Positions 9,640-19,394 of a stretch of 64,000 nt of DNA are shown piece by piece (positions within the stretch are counted from its first letter, which is position 1; every line of letters begins with the position of its first letter). The notes below the pieces were generated by a model. That model was not told the DNA's origin. It made no database searches and saw only the letters and a program-made list of their open reading frames with translations. The translations under genes and the position numbers were made by a program. This DNA is from Brevibacterium sandarakinum (GTDB lineage: Bacteria; Actinomycetota; Actinomycetes; Actinomycetales; Brevibacteriaceae), in assembly GCF_030453725.1 (NCBI RefSeq), contig NZ_JAKDJU010000002.1:324-64323 (forward strand), written 5' to 3'.

Positions 9640-11217
9640 ATGGGACGGCAGGCAACCGCGAAGTCACAATCACGCCGCCGTCCGGGCTCGAGCAAGTCGG
9701 CAGAACCCGCCGTAAGCCGCGCGGGAGACTCGAAAGCCGCGGCGAAGAAGACCGCAGAGAAGCCCACCTCGAGTTCGTCGAGTTCGAGGTCGAATGCGAA
9801 GAAGACTGCGCCCGGAAAGCCGCAGGCCAGGCGGAAGCCGCAGACTCAGCAGAAGTCGGCTGCGAAGAAGCGCGTGCCGAAGAAGACCGCTGGCGCGAGC
9901 ACGCCACGCAGCAGGAAACAGTCGACGAGCGCCCACAGCACCCGAGCGACCGACACGTCGAATCAGCCGCGGGCAGGAGCCGGCCGGGCGATGCTGTCAA
10001 CGGTGCGCCGGGAGTACGCGCGAGTCTCTGCCTACCCGCTCACGACCTACTACCTGATCCTGGTCTCGGTCGTTGCACTGACATGTCTCGGGCTCGTCAT
10101 GGTCCTCTCCGCCTCGTCGATCACCTCATACGATGGAGGAGAAGGATCATCCTTCGCCTACTTCAACAAACAGGCAGGGTTCGTTGCCTTGGGCATCGTC
10201 CTCATGACGGTCGCGACAGTCGTCCCGCTGGACTGGTGGCGCAGGCTGGCTTGGCCCGCGCTGGGCCTCGGCATCTTCCTGCAGGCGCTTGTCTTCCTCC
10301 CCGGGGTCGGCAAGTCGACGAAGGGCAATGCCAACTGGATCCAGTTCGGCGGCTTCCAGCTGCAGCCCTCGGAGTTTCTCAAGATCGCCCTGGCCGTGTG
10401 GCTGGGGTACGTTCTGGCCAGAAAATACGGAAAGATGACGACCTTCGCCCACGCCATGATCCCCGTCGTCCCGGGCATCGTCATCGCCCTCGGTCTCGTC
10501 GTCGGCGGCAATGACCTCGGCACTGGACTGGTGCTCATGGCTATGGCCCTCACCTGTCTGTTCATCGGCTTCTTCCCCTGGAAGTACTTCCTCCTGCTCT
10601 TCGGGTCGCTGGCTGCCGTGGCCACGTTCTTCGTCTTCAGCTCGGAGAACCGGCTCCGACGCATCACCGCAGCACTCACCGGTCACGCAGAGCAGACTGC
10701 CTCCGACGTCACAGGTCAGGCCTGGCAGTCCAACCACGGCCTGTTCTCGCTGGCCTCCGGAGGCTGGCTGGGCGTCGGGCTCGGCGCCAGCCGAGAGAAA
10801 TGGTCCTGGCTGCCCGAAGCCCACAACGACTTCATCTTCGCGATCATCGGTGAAGAGCTCGGCCTGCTCGGGTCGCTGGCTGTCATCCTCATGTTCGCAG
10901 CTCTGGCCTGCGGACTGGTCCGGGTGATTCTGCGTTCGAAGTCCAGGTTCATCCAGATCGCCACGGCCGGACTCTTCGCATGGCTGATCGGACAGGCCGC
11001 AATCAACATCTGCGTCGTGACCGGAATTCTGCCGGTCATCGGGCTTCCACTGCCGTTCGTGTCCTACGGAGGGTCCTCCATCGTCGCCTCTCTGCTGGCG
11101 GTCGGGGTGATTCTGTCCTTCGCCAGAACCGAGGACGGAGCCTCGGCTGCGATCAAGGTGCACAAAGATCGAGTGAAATCGTCGTTCGCCGTACTGGCCA
11201 GAAAGAGAAAGAAGTGA
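9640..11217 (+). CDS. ftsW: Peptidoglycan glycosyltransferase FtsW (SEDS family) with a basic low-complexity N-terminal tail
   Basis: ATG at 9640 lies directly after the murD stop. The ORF-track extension from 9475 overlaps murD and is rejected. SEDS-like membrane core (QPSEFLKIAL, NDFIFAIIGEELG, PFVSYGGSS). Confidence 0.92.
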   Translation: MGRQATAKSQSRRRPGSSKSAEPAVSRAGDSKAAAKKTAEKPTSSSSSSRSNAKKTAPGKPQARRKPQTQQKSAAKKRVPKKTAGASTPRSRKQSTSAHSTRATDTSNQPRAGAGRAMLSTVRREYARVSAYPLTTYYLILVSVVALTCLGLVMVLSASSITSYDGGEGSSFAYFNKQAGFVALGIVLMTVATVVPLDWWRRLAWPALGLGIFLQALVFLPGVGKSTKGNANWIQFGGFQLQPSEFLKIALAVWLGYVLARKYGKMTTFAHAMIPVVPGIVIALGLVVGGNDLGTGLVLMAMALTCLFIGFFPWKYFLLLFGSLAAVATFFVFSSENRLRRITAALTGHAEQTASDVTGQAWQSNHGLFSLASGGWLGVGLGASREKWSWLPEAHNDFIFAIIGEELGLLGSLAVILMFAALACGLVRVILRSKSRFIQIATAGLFAWLIGQAAINICVVTGILPVIGLPLPFVSYGGSSIVASLLAVGVILSFARTEDGASAAIKVHKDRVKSSFAVLARKRKK

Positions 11218-11218
11218 G

Positions 11219-12319
11219 ATGACGAGCATTCTCCTTGCCGGTGGAGGCACCACCGGCCATATTTCGCCCATGTTGGCGATCGGTCGTGAGCTGCGGGAGA
11301 CCCATCCCGATTGGGAGGTCTTCGCGCTCGGAACCGCAGACGGGCTCGAGGCCGACATCGTTCCGAAGGCCGGCTTCGAACTTCTGACCATCGACAAGGT
11401 CCCCATGCCGCGTTCGATCGGCCCGGCCGCATTGAAGTTCCCGAAACGATTCGCCGCCAACGTCTCACACGTCAAGCAGATCATCGCCGAACGCGATGTC
11501 AGGGCCGTTGTCGGAGTCGGCGGCTATGTCTGCCCGCCCGCCTTCATCGCGGCCAAACAGGCGAAGATCCCCCTGATCGTCCACGAAGCCAATGCGAAGC
11601 CCGGAATGGCGAACCGCCTCGGCGCTGCCCTGACGAAGCAGGGAATGGTCGGGGTAACCTTCCCCGATACGAAGCTGCGCAACTCGGAGTTGGTCGGCAT
11701 GCCGATGCCGACCGAGATCTCGGAACTCGACCGCAGCGATTCCGCCCAGCGACAGGCGTGGCGAGCCGACCTCGGCCTCAGCGATGACAGGCCCGTCCTG
11801 GTTGTGACCGGCGGTTCCTCCGGGGCACAGCGCATCAATGATGCATTCCTCGCCGCCGCAGCACAGTGCCAGGAAAGCGGAGTGCAGGTCCTGCACATCA
11901 CCGGCGCCGGCAAGGATGAGACCCTGCGGGCAGCGGCGGCCCAGTTGCCCGACTACCACGTCGTCGACTACGTCGACGGAATGCACCGAGCCTACGGCGT
12001 CGCTGACCTGCTCGTAGCACGGTCCGGAGCCGCGACCGTTTCCGAAGCCACTGTCGTCGGGGTCCCGGCACTCTACGTTCCACTGGCCATCGGCAACGGC
12101 GAACAGCGTCTCAATGCCGCCGGCAGCGTCAGCGCCGGCGCCTCACTGCTCGTCGACAATGCGGACTTCGCTCCCTCGACCGTGACGGATCAGATCCTGC
12201 CTCTCGTGACCGACCACACTCGCCTGGACGCAATGAGCCGAGCAGCTCTTGATCTGCACTATCCGACCGAAGCCGCCACCACCATGGCCGCAATCGTCAC
12301 GCACGCGCTGAGAGGTTGA
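11219..12319 (+). CDS. murG: Undecaprenyldiphospho-muramoylpentapeptide beta-N-acetylglucosaminyltransferase
   Basis: 366 aa. GGGTTGHISP N-terminal motif and TGGSSGAQRIN. dcw order. Confidence 0.94.
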   Translation: MTSILLAGGGTTGHISPMLAIGRELRETHPDWEVFALGTADGLEADIVPKAGFELLTIDKVPMPRSIGPAALKFPKRFAANVSHVKQIIAERDVRAVVGVGGYVCPPAFIAAKQAKIPLIVHEANAKPGMANRLGAALTKQGMVGVTFPDTKLRNSELVGMPMPTEISELDRSDSAQRQAWRADLGLSDDRPVLVVTGGSSGAQRINDAFLAAAAQCQESGVQVLHITGAGKDETLRAAAAQLPDYHVVDYVDGMHRAYGVADLLVARSGAATVSEATVVGVPALYVPLAIGNGEQRLNAAGSVSAGASLLVDNADFAPSTVTDQILPLVTDHTRLDAMSRAALDLHYPTEAATTMAAIVTHALRG

Positions 12320-13722
12320 ACATGAGCACAGCTGAAATCGTCCCGGCCACAGAGCTGGGCGCCGTCCACTTCATCGGAATCGGCGGATCGGGCATGTCCG
12401 GGATCGCGCGGATCATGGTCATGAACGGCGTCACAGTGTCCGGGTCAGATGCGAAGGAATCCGCAGTTGTCGACGTGCTGCGGACACTGGGCGCCCGGGT
12501 CGAGATCGGGCACACGGCGGACAACCTCGGCGAGGCCGACACCCTGGTCATCTCTTCAGCCATCCGCAAGGACAACCCCGAGCTCTTGGAAGCCGAGCGG
12601 AAGGGCCTGCGGATCCTGCACCGGTCGGGTGCGCTGGCCTCGCTGATGGCCGACAGGCGAGCTGTTGCCGTAGCCGGCACCCACGGCAAGACCACCACGA
12701 CCTCCATGACGACCGTGGCGCTGCAGGCCTGCGGGCTCGATCCGTCGTTCGTCATCGGGGGAGTGCTGTCGACGACCGGTACCAACGCCCACCTGGGAAC
12801 CGGTGACGTCTTCGTCGCAGAGGCGGACGAATCGGACGGATCGTTCCTGCTCTACGAACCGACGATCGGCATCCTCACCAACGTCGAGGCAGATCACCTG
12901 GACTATTACGGCAGTCCGGAGAAGGTGAGAGAGGCGTTCGTCGAATTCTGCGCCGGCATCGGTGCCGACGACGGCACAGTCATCGCCTGCGCCGATGACG
13001 CGGGTTCGCTCGACGTCGCCGAGCACGCCCGGGCGCAGGGGACCTCCGTCATCCTCTACGGAACCTCCGAATCCGCCGACGTGCGGCTGCGCGACCTGCG
13101 TTCGGGCCTGGTCTCGGAGTTCGTCCTCGACGTGCCGGGACAGACGGAAGGACTGCCGGTGACGCTGCGGCAACCCGGCACCCACAATGCGCTCAATGCG
13201 ACGGCGGCGATCGCTGTTGCACACAGCCTCGGTGCCGATGTGGCCAAGGCGGCGAGTGGTCTCGGAAACTACGGAGGCACGCGGCGCCGGTTCGAAGAAC
13301 GGGGAATCGCCGCCGGGGTGCGGGTCATCGACGACTACGCGCATCACCCGACGGAGCTGCGGGCGGTGCTGAGTGCGGCACGCGGCGTCGTCACCGACGA
13401 TGGCCGGGTGTGGGCGATCTTCCAACCGCATCTGTACTCGCGCACGATGGAGTTCCGAGCCGAATTCGGCGAAGCGCTCGGCCTGGCCGACGAGGTGGTC
13501 GTCCTTGATGTGTTCCCTGCCAGGGAGGATCCGGTGCCCGGTGTCACCGGTGCGCTGATCTCCGATCGTGTCCCACACGAGAACGTGACCTTCATCGAAG
13601 CGTTCAACGAAGCGGTGCCCTATGTCGCGGCGCGTGTGCGTCCCGGCGACCTCGTGCTCACCCTCGGTGCGGGGGATGTGACGATCCTGGGACCCGAGCT
13701 GCTCACCGCTCTGGAGGCCTGA
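12316..13722 (+). CDS. murC: UDP-N-acetylmuramate--L-alanine ligase
   Basis: 468 aa. Motifs HFIGIGGSGMSGIA, AGTHGKTTTTSM and DDYAHHPTE. 4-nt overlap with murG. Confidence 0.94.
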   Translation: MNMSTAEIVPATELGAVHFIGIGGSGMSGIARIMVMNGVTVSGSDAKESAVVDVLRTLGARVEIGHTADNLGEADTLVISSAIRKDNPELLEAERKGLRILHRSGALASLMADRRAVAVAGTHGKTTTTSMTTVALQACGLDPSFVIGGVLSTTGTNAHLGTGDVFVAEADESDGSFLLYEPTIGILTNVEADHLDYYGSPEKVREAFVEFCAGIGADDGTVIACADDAGSLDVAEHARAQGTSVILYGTSESADVRLRDLRSGLVSEFVLDVPGQTEGLPVTLRQPGTHNALNATAAIAVAHSLGADVAKAASGLGNYGGTRRRFEERGIAAGVRVIDDYAHHPTELRAVLSAARGVVTDDGRVWAIFQPHLYSRTMEFRAEFGEALGLADEVVVLDVFPAREDPVPGVTGALISDRVPHENVTFIEAFNEAVPYVAARVRPGDLVLTLGAGDVTILGPELLTALEA

Positions 13723-13727
13723 CCGCT

Positions 13728-14483
13728 GTGGTGCCCCTTCCCGAACCGCGCACCGACGACAACTCCACCGCGGACCTCACCGGGGTCATCCGCGCACGGC
13801 GGAAACAGGTCTGGCGTCGTCGCCTCCTGCTCATCGGCGCTGTCGCGACGGTCCTCGTCATTGCCGGCCTGCTCTGGTTCACCCCGCTGCTGGCGTTGGA
13901 CAAGGTCAGCGTCGAGGGCAGTCAGCTGATCGACCACGAGCAGGTCACGGAATCGGTGCTCGACGCTTACGGCGGAACACCGCTGCCGCGGGTGCGACCG
14001 GGATCGGTGGAGGAGAAGGTCCTGGGGGAGTTTCCACGGGCGAAGCAGGCTTCAGTGCACTATTCGGGACCTCGCAGTCTGAGCATCGAAATCACCGATC
14101 GACGTCCCGTCCTGGCGATCACGACGACCGATGGGTTCACGCTCTTCGACGATGAAGCCGTCAGCTTGGGCACCGTTGACGATGCGCCCAAGGGCGTGAC
14201 CGTGCTCGAAGAGTCCGGCGGTGCTCCGGACCAGGAGACAGTCGCGGCCGTGATCCGATTCATGGCCGGACTTCGACCAGAGCTGCGCTCCGATCTGGCC
14301 TCGATCCAGGCGAAGGACGAGAACAGCCTCGCAGGGGTCATCGACAAGAAAGAGACGAAGGCGAATGTGGTCTTCGGTGACAGCACAAGCGCAAACCTGA
14401 AGATGCGCACTGCGATGCAGCTGGCGGCCGACGGGCGGACCGAGATCGACGTGTCCGTCCCGTCGGTGCCCGTGACGAACTGA
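13728..14483 (+). CDS. ftsQ: Cell division protein FtsQ (POTRA domain)
   Basis: 251 aa with a GTG start. One TM helix, then LDKVSVEGSQLIDHEQV, a typical POTRA start. Position between murC and ftsZ. Confidence 0.8.
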   Translation: MVPLPEPRTDDNSTADLTGVIRARRKQVWRRRLLLIGAVATVLVIAGLLWFTPLLALDKVSVEGSQLIDHEQVTESVLDAYGGTPLPRVRPGSVEEKVLGEFPRAKQASVHYSGPRSLSIEITDRRPVLAITTTDGFTLFDDEAVSLGTVDDAPKGVTVLEESGGAPDQETVAAVIRFMAGLRPELRSDLASIQAKDENSLAGVIDKKETKANVVFGDSTSANLKMRTAMQLAADGRTEIDVSVPSVPVTN

Positions 14484-14673
14484 AAACCCGCCGAACCGGA
14501 CGGGTTGCCCGTGATTGCCGCCGACACACCGGGCCTGAAGTTTGGCCGATGTCCGACACTCCGACGAGAATGGTTGCAGTGGTGTTGCCCCGGACAATAG
14601 CCTCAGGGCAAAGAAGACTTTTCGAATTTGCACGCAGATGATGCGTGGACGATGCGCCGAAAGAGGAACCGAC

Positions 14674-15843
14674 TTGGCTGAATTCCCACAATCCGGAGCG
14701 GATATCAAAGTTGCCGGTACCGGCGGCGGCGGTGTCAACGCTGTTCAGAGGATGATCGACGTCGGGCTGCGCGGCGTGGAGTTCATCGCGATCAACACGG
14801 ATGCCCAGGCACTCGTGCTTTCGGACGCCGATGTGAAGCTGGAGATCGGACGTGACCAGACTCGCGGACTCGGTGCCGGCGCTGATCCGGAGATCGGCCG
14901 CAAGGCCGCGGACTCCAGCGAGGAAGCCATCCGCGACGCGCTCGAAGGTGCCGATATGGTCTTCGTCACCGCTGGCGAAGGTGGAGGAACAGGCACAGGT
15001 GCGGCCCCGGTCGTCGCCCGTGTCGCCCGCTCCCTGGGGGCACTCACCATCGGCGTCGTCACCCGCCCCTTCACCTTCGAGGGACGCCGTCGTTCCGCGC
15101 AGGCCGAAGCCGGCATCGCCGCACTGCGCGAAGAGGTCGACACCCTCATCGTCATTCCCAACGACCGTCTGCTCTCCATCTCCGACCGCAGCGTGTCCGT
15201 CGTCGACGCGTTCCGCTCGGCCGATGAGGTCCTCCGCTCGGGTGTCCAGGGCATCACGGATCTCATCTCCGTGCCGGGCCTGATCAACCTCGACTTCGCC
15301 GACGTCAAATCCGTGATGCAGGATGCCGGTACCGCGCTCATGGGCATCGGCGCAGCTACCGGCGATGATCGCGCCGTCCAGGCTGCGGAATCCGCCATCG
15401 CCTCGCCGCTGCTCGAGGCCAGCATCGACGGCGCCCATGGCGTACTCTTCTGCATCCAGGGTGGGGCAGACCTGGGACTGTTCGAGGTCAACGAGGCAGC
15501 CCGTCTGGTGCAGGAAGCCGCACACCCCGAAGCCAACATCATCTTCGGCGCTGTCATCGACGACAATATCGGTGACGAATGCCGCGTCACCGTGATCGCC
15601 GCAGGATTCGACAACTCCGTTCCGGGTCAGGAATCCACCGCTGGTGAAGCCGCCCCTGCCTCGATTCCGATGGCCACGGCTCCGGCAGAGGTCGAGCCGG
15701 CTCCGGCCGAAGAAGCCGAGCCCGCAGCCGACGTCGAGCCCGAAACTCGCAGCGACGAGCATCAGATCCCGGCCTCCCTGCCCAACGAGCGCAGCACCTC
15801 GAGCCTCGACAACGATCTCGATATCCCGGATTTCCTGAAGTAA
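14674..15843 (+). CDS. ftsZ: Cell division GTPase FtsZ
   Basis: Tubulin signature [13 protein letters not shown] plus [14 protein letters not shown]. The disordered C-terminal linker ends in the conserved [10 protein letters not shown] peptide. I chose the TTG at 14674, which has an AGAGGA RBS 6 nt upstream. In-frame alternatives are ATG at 14638/14641 and the ORF-track start at 14542. Confidence 0.93.
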   Translation: MAEFPQSGADIKVAGTGGGGVNAVQRMIDVGLRGVEFIAINTDAQALVLSDADVKLEIGRDQTRGLGAGADPEIGRKAADSSEEAIRDALEGADMVFVTAGEGGGTGTGAAPVVARVARSLGALTIGVVTRPFTFEGRRRSAQAEAGIAALREEVDTLIVIPNDRLLSISDRSVSVVDAFRSADEVLRSGVQGITDLISVPGLINLDFADVKSVMQDAGTALMGIGAATGDDRAVQAAESAIASPLLEASIDGAHGVLFCIQGGADLGLFEVNEAARLVQEAAHPEANIIFGAVIDDNIGDECRVTVIAAGFDNSVPGQESTAGEAAPASIPMATAPAEVEPAPAEEAEPAADVEPETRSDEHQIPASLPNERSTSSLDNDLDIPDFLK

Positions 15844-15844
15844 G

Positions 15845-16603
15845 ATGCTGCACTCGAGATTCGTCGTCCCCGGAAGGTCGAACGCACACGTGGCGTTCAC
15901 CGACCGGCACGGCGGCTACTCGAGGGGAGACCTGTCGTCGTTCAACTTGGCCCGGCATGTCGGAGATGACGACGAGCTGGTCGCGGCGAACCGGGCCGCT
16001 CTGGCTCAGGTTCTCGGGCTGAGTGGGGAACGACTGAGCTTCGTGTCCCAGGTCCACGGGACGAACGTGCGCATCATCGAGTCACCGGAGCAGCTGCGCG
16101 AGGAGCCTGTGACAGCAGACGCACAGGTCACATCGCGCGGTGGCATCGGACTGGCGATCATGGTGGCGGACTGCACCCCGATCATGCTCGCCGACTCCGA
16201 GGCGGGAGTCATCGGCGCGATCCATGCCGGACGCCCCGGAATGGCAGCAGGCGTCGTGCCGGCCACCATCGCCTCCATGCAGGATCAGGGTGCCGCGGAC
16301 ATCCACGCGATCATCGGTCCATCGGTGTGCCCGCGCTGCTATGAAGTGCCTGCGACGCTGAGAGACGAAGTCGCCGCCGTTGAGCCGGTGGCCGCCTCGG
16401 TGTCGGTGACCGGGACGCCGGCGATCGATGTTGCCGGAGCCGTGGCGGAACAGCTGCGCCGGGCAGGGGTGAGCATCGACCATTTCTCCCGCACATGCAC
16501 ACGGGAGTCCGAGGATCTGTTCTCTTTCCGGAGGCAGTCCAGCACAGGCAGATTCGCGGGCGTGGTCTGGCTGCAGGAAGAAAACCCCACGACACACCCA
16601 TGA
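15845..16603 (+). CDS. pgeF: Peptidoglycan editing factor PgeF / YfiH (DUF152 laccase-domain) family protein
   Basis: 252 aa. Motifs [17 protein letters not shown] and the CPRCYEV cysteine pair. Canonical position immediately after ftsZ. Confidence 0.85.
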   Translation: MLHSRFVVPGRSNAHVAFTDRHGGYSRGDLSSFNLARHVGDDDELVAANRAALAQVLGLSGERLSFVSQVHGTNVRIIESPEQLREEPVTADAQVTSRGGIGLAIMVADCTPIMLADSEAGVIGAIHAGRPGMAAGVVPATIASMQDQGAADIHAIIGPSVCPRCYEVPATLRDEVAAVEPVAASVSVTGTPAIDVAGAVAEQLRRAGVSIDHFSRTCTRESEDLFSFRRQSSTGRFAGVVWLQEENPTTHP

Positions 16604-16679
16604 GACTCACCCGCCGGGCTGGTCTGTTGAGATAGTTTGGCGGCAGGCGAGGAAGTGCCGAAGGCCGAGGAGTGGAGAA

Positions 16680-17171
16680 ATGTCAGCAATCAAGAAGACG
16701 CTGGAATACCTGGGTTTCGTCGAAGAAGAGGACGAGCAGCCCATCGACCGTCGTGACCGCGAGGTCATCGATACCTACGAAGAGCCCGTCGACGACCATG
16801 TCGAAGACGAGGAACGGCCCCCTGCTCAGGTCACGCCGATCCACCCGTCACCGATTCGTCCAGTTGACTCTCCCGCGCCAGGAATCTCCATGAACCGCAT
16901 CAAGACAATCCACCCCCGCAGCTACAACGACGCCATGGTGATCGGCGCAGCGTTCCGCGAGGGAACGCCCGTGATCATGAATCTCTCCGAAATGGACGAG
17001 AACAACTCCAAGCGCCTGGTCGACTTCTCAGCGGGCCTGATCTTCGGCCTGCACGGATCCATCGAACGAGTGACCAACAAGGTGTTTCTCCTCACGCCTG
17101 AGAACATCGAAGTCAGCGGCGAGAACGAGTCGGATCCGGACACCCAGGCCAGCTTCTTCAATCAGAGCTGA
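16680..17171 (+). CDS. sepF: Cell division protein SepF
   Basis: 163 aa. N-terminal amphipathic [13 protein letters not shown], an acidic linker, then the C-terminal SepF core ([21 protein letters not shown]...[20 protein letters not shown]). Confidence 0.9.
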   Translation: MSAIKKTLEYLGFVEEEDEQPIDRRDREVIDTYEEPVDDHVEDEERPPAQVTPIHPSPIRPVDSPAPGISMNRIKTIHPRSYNDAMVIGAAFREGTPVIMNLSEMDENNSKRLVDFSAGLIFGLHGSIERVTNKVFLLTPENIEVSGENESDPDTQASFFNQS

Positions 17172-17273
17172 GGAGTCTGACCTCACATCGAGGTCATTCT
17201 GATCGCATCCTCAGCTCAAGCGTATAGGCTGGGCTCCGACAGGTAAGCACCAAAGAAAGGCACGAGGAACCAC

Positions 17274-17573
17274 GTGGCCACCATCTTCTACATCCTCGCC
17301 CTCGCACTCAGTCTTTATGTCTATGTGCTCCTGGCACGAGTCGTTCTCGACCTCGTGCAGGTGTTCTCACGCGAATGGAAACCGTCCGGCTTCCTGCTTG
17401 TCCTCGCCGAGATCGTCTACACTCTGACCGATCCGCCGCTCCGTCTTCTGCGCAAGGTGATCCCACCACTGCGTCTGGGGCAGATCTCGCTGGATCTGGG
17501 TTTCATCGTGTTGCTGATCGGAATTCAGATCCTCGCATCGTTCCTCAGGAGCCTCGCCTACGGAGTCGCCTGA
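17274..17573 (+). CDS. YggT (YlmG) family membrane protein
   Basis: 99 aa with a GTG start and two TM helices. The LLARVVLDLVQVF pattern is typical of YggT. Position between sepF and divIVA. Confidence 0.8.
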   Translation: MATIFYILALALSLYVYVLLARVVLDLVQVFSREWKPSGFLLVLAEIVYTLTDPPLRLLRKVIPPLRLGQISLDLGFIVLLIGIQILASFLRSLAYGVA

Positions 17574-17864
17574 ATCAAGAAGGTGCCTTCCGAATTGTCT
17601 GAATCAAGGTGCTCGGGTCGTCCGCTGTGCAGAGATGCCATCTGGCTCTGAGCCTGTTGCGAACGTCACAGCGGCCCCGTGATCTGGACCCTCAGTTCGC
17701 AGAACTGTTCTGAGTATTGCTAGGGTCGATTATTACAACTTCGTCATATGAGTCCGTTACACGGCATTTCTGCAGGACAAAACTGCAGGTGTTACGCTAA
17801 TGTGACGTTGAAGCCGTCTTTATGGCGGCAGCGTAATGAATGTAGATCGACCAAAGGTGACCTC

Positions 17865-18716
17865 ATGGCGCTCACGCCTGAAGACGTAGTAAACAAGCGG
17901 TTCCAGCATGTGAAGTTCCGCGACGGGTACGACCAGGATGAAGTCGACGATTTCCTCGATGAGGTAGTCGTAGAGATCCGCCGTCTCTACCAGGAGAACG
18001 ACGAACTTCGTCAGAAGCTCTCCACCGCCGAGCAGCGAGTCAAGGAACTTGACGCCGGCGGCGCATCTGCTGCCGCACCCGCGCAGGACATCGACGCCAC
18101 TCAGGCCATGCCTGCCGCGGTGCCGTCTCCCTCCTCCCAAAAGGACGCGGATGCGTCGAAGCCGGAGAAGGCGCAGGCCCCAGAGGCTCCGGCTGCTCCG
18201 GAATCGACCGAGCAGCCATCGGCACCGGCGGTCAAGGAAGCAGCTCCTGCTCCGCAGACCAACGCCCCCAACCAATCCGCACCCGCAGCCAATGGTGCAG
18301 CACCAGCTGCTGCCGGCACTGCTGCAGGCACCGCTGCAGGCATGGGCCTCGGCTCGAGCATCGGCGGGGACGGCGACGCCCACGGACTCATCGCTCTGGC
18401 ACAGCGTGTTCACGACGAACACGTCACAGAGGGTGAACGTCGCCGCGACGAGCTCATCAAGAATGCGGAGACCGAAGCCAAGGACATCGTCGGCAAGGCT
18501 GAGACGAAACGCGACGAGACACTGTCGACCCTGGAAACGCAGAAGTCGACCCTCGAGCGTTCGATCGACCAGCTGTCGAATTTCGAGCGTCAGTACCGGA
18601 CGCGTCTCAAGAGCTACCTCAACGACCAGTTGCGCGATCTCGAGAATTCCACAAGTCTGGCACCGGAGACCCTGGACGGGAACTCCTTCGGTTCTTCGTC
18701 GAATCACAAACTCTGA
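17865..18716 (+). CDS. divIVA: DivIVA / Wag31 polar growth and division scaffold
   Basis: MALTPEDVVNKRFQHVKFRDGYDQDEVDDFLDEVV is the canonical DivIVA N-terminal domain, followed by an Ala/Pro-rich spacer and coiled coils. I chose the ATG at 17865. The upstream in-frame extension from 17748 is not protein-like. Confidence 0.9.
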   Translation: MALTPEDVVNKRFQHVKFRDGYDQDEVDDFLDEVVVEIRRLYQENDELRQKLSTAEQRVKELDAGGASAAAPAQDIDATQAMPAAVPSPSSQKDADASKPEKAQAPEAPAAPESTEQPSAPAVKEAAPAPQTNAPNQSAPAANGAAPAAAGTAAGTAAGMGLGSSIGGDGDAHGLIALAQRVHDEHVTEGERRRDELIKNAETEAKDIVGKAETKRDETLSTLETQKSTLERSIDQLSNFERQYRTRLKSYLNDQLRDLENSTSLAPETLDGNSFGSSSNHKL

Positions 18717-18734
18717 TTCCTCGCAACAGACGCT

Positions 18735-18770
18735 CAAGGTCCGGGAACTCCATGGAGATCCCGGACCTTG
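18735..18770 (+). terminator. Hairpin after divIVA (12-bp stem CAAGGTCCGGGA / TCCCGGACCTTG)
   Basis: Read directly from the sequence, 19 nt after the divIVA stop. There is no clear U-tract, as is common in Actinobacteria. Confidence 0.5.
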
Positions 18771-18839
18771 TCAGTGTCCCCGTGAGGTGTGGCATAGCGC
18801 GGGCTTCGGTGCCATCGAGTCGTCAAGCAGTGAGCTAGA

Positions 18840-19394
18840 ATGAGCCAAATGAACGATGATGCCACCGAGACGAAACCCCGTCGGCGCAGAATGCTCGGGA
18901 TGCTGTTCGGCATAGCAGTGATCGTCCTCGTGGTGGATCAGTTCACCAAACTCCTCGCGGTCAGATTCCTCGAAGGGCAGGAACCGGTGCCTGTCATCGG
19001 CACTCTGGCGGGATTCGACTTCTACCGGAACCCCGGGGCGGCACTGGGGCTCGGTTCCAGCATGACCTGGATCTTCCCCCTCATCGCAATCGCTGTCTTC
19101 GCCGCGATCATCATCCTGTCGAGGAAACTGGGCTCCGTAGCTTGGGCGATCGGGCTCGGTCTGCTGTTGGGCGGACTGTTCGGCAACCTCGTGGATCGGC
19201 TGTTCCGGCAGCCCGGATTTCTGCACGGGGCCGTCGTCGATTTCATCGACCTGTCATTATTCATCTGCAATGTCGCCGACATTGCGATCTCCGCAGCGGC
19301 TGTCACCCTCGTGGTGGCAAGCCTCAAAGGCATCGAACTGGACGGATCGGACTCGAAGCACGCGAGCACGGTCGGAGAGGACACACATGGCTGA
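18840..19394 (+). CDS. lspA: Lipoprotein signal peptidase II
   Basis: 184 aa with four TM segments. Motifs [17 protein letters not shown] and VVDFIDL. The start could instead be the ATG at 18849 (see finding). Confidence 0.9.
   Translation: MSQMNDDATETKPRRRRMLGMLFGIAVIVLVVDQFTKLLAVRFLEGQEPVPVIGTLAGFDFYRNPGAALGLGSSMTWIFPLIAIAVFAAIIILSRKLGSVAWAIGLGLLLGGLFGNLVDRLFRQPGFLHGAVVDFIDLSLFICNVADIAISAAAVTLVVASLKGIELDGSDSKHASTVGEDTHG

Noticed and set aside
17691-17713. GAAC/GTTC-containing palindromes in the divIVA leader as a LexA (SOS) box.
   Set aside because: The actinobacterial SOS box I know is GAAC-N4-GTTC. Here the spacing is N1 (GAAC-T-GTTC) or the half-sites are in the reverse order (GTTC-GCA-GAAC).
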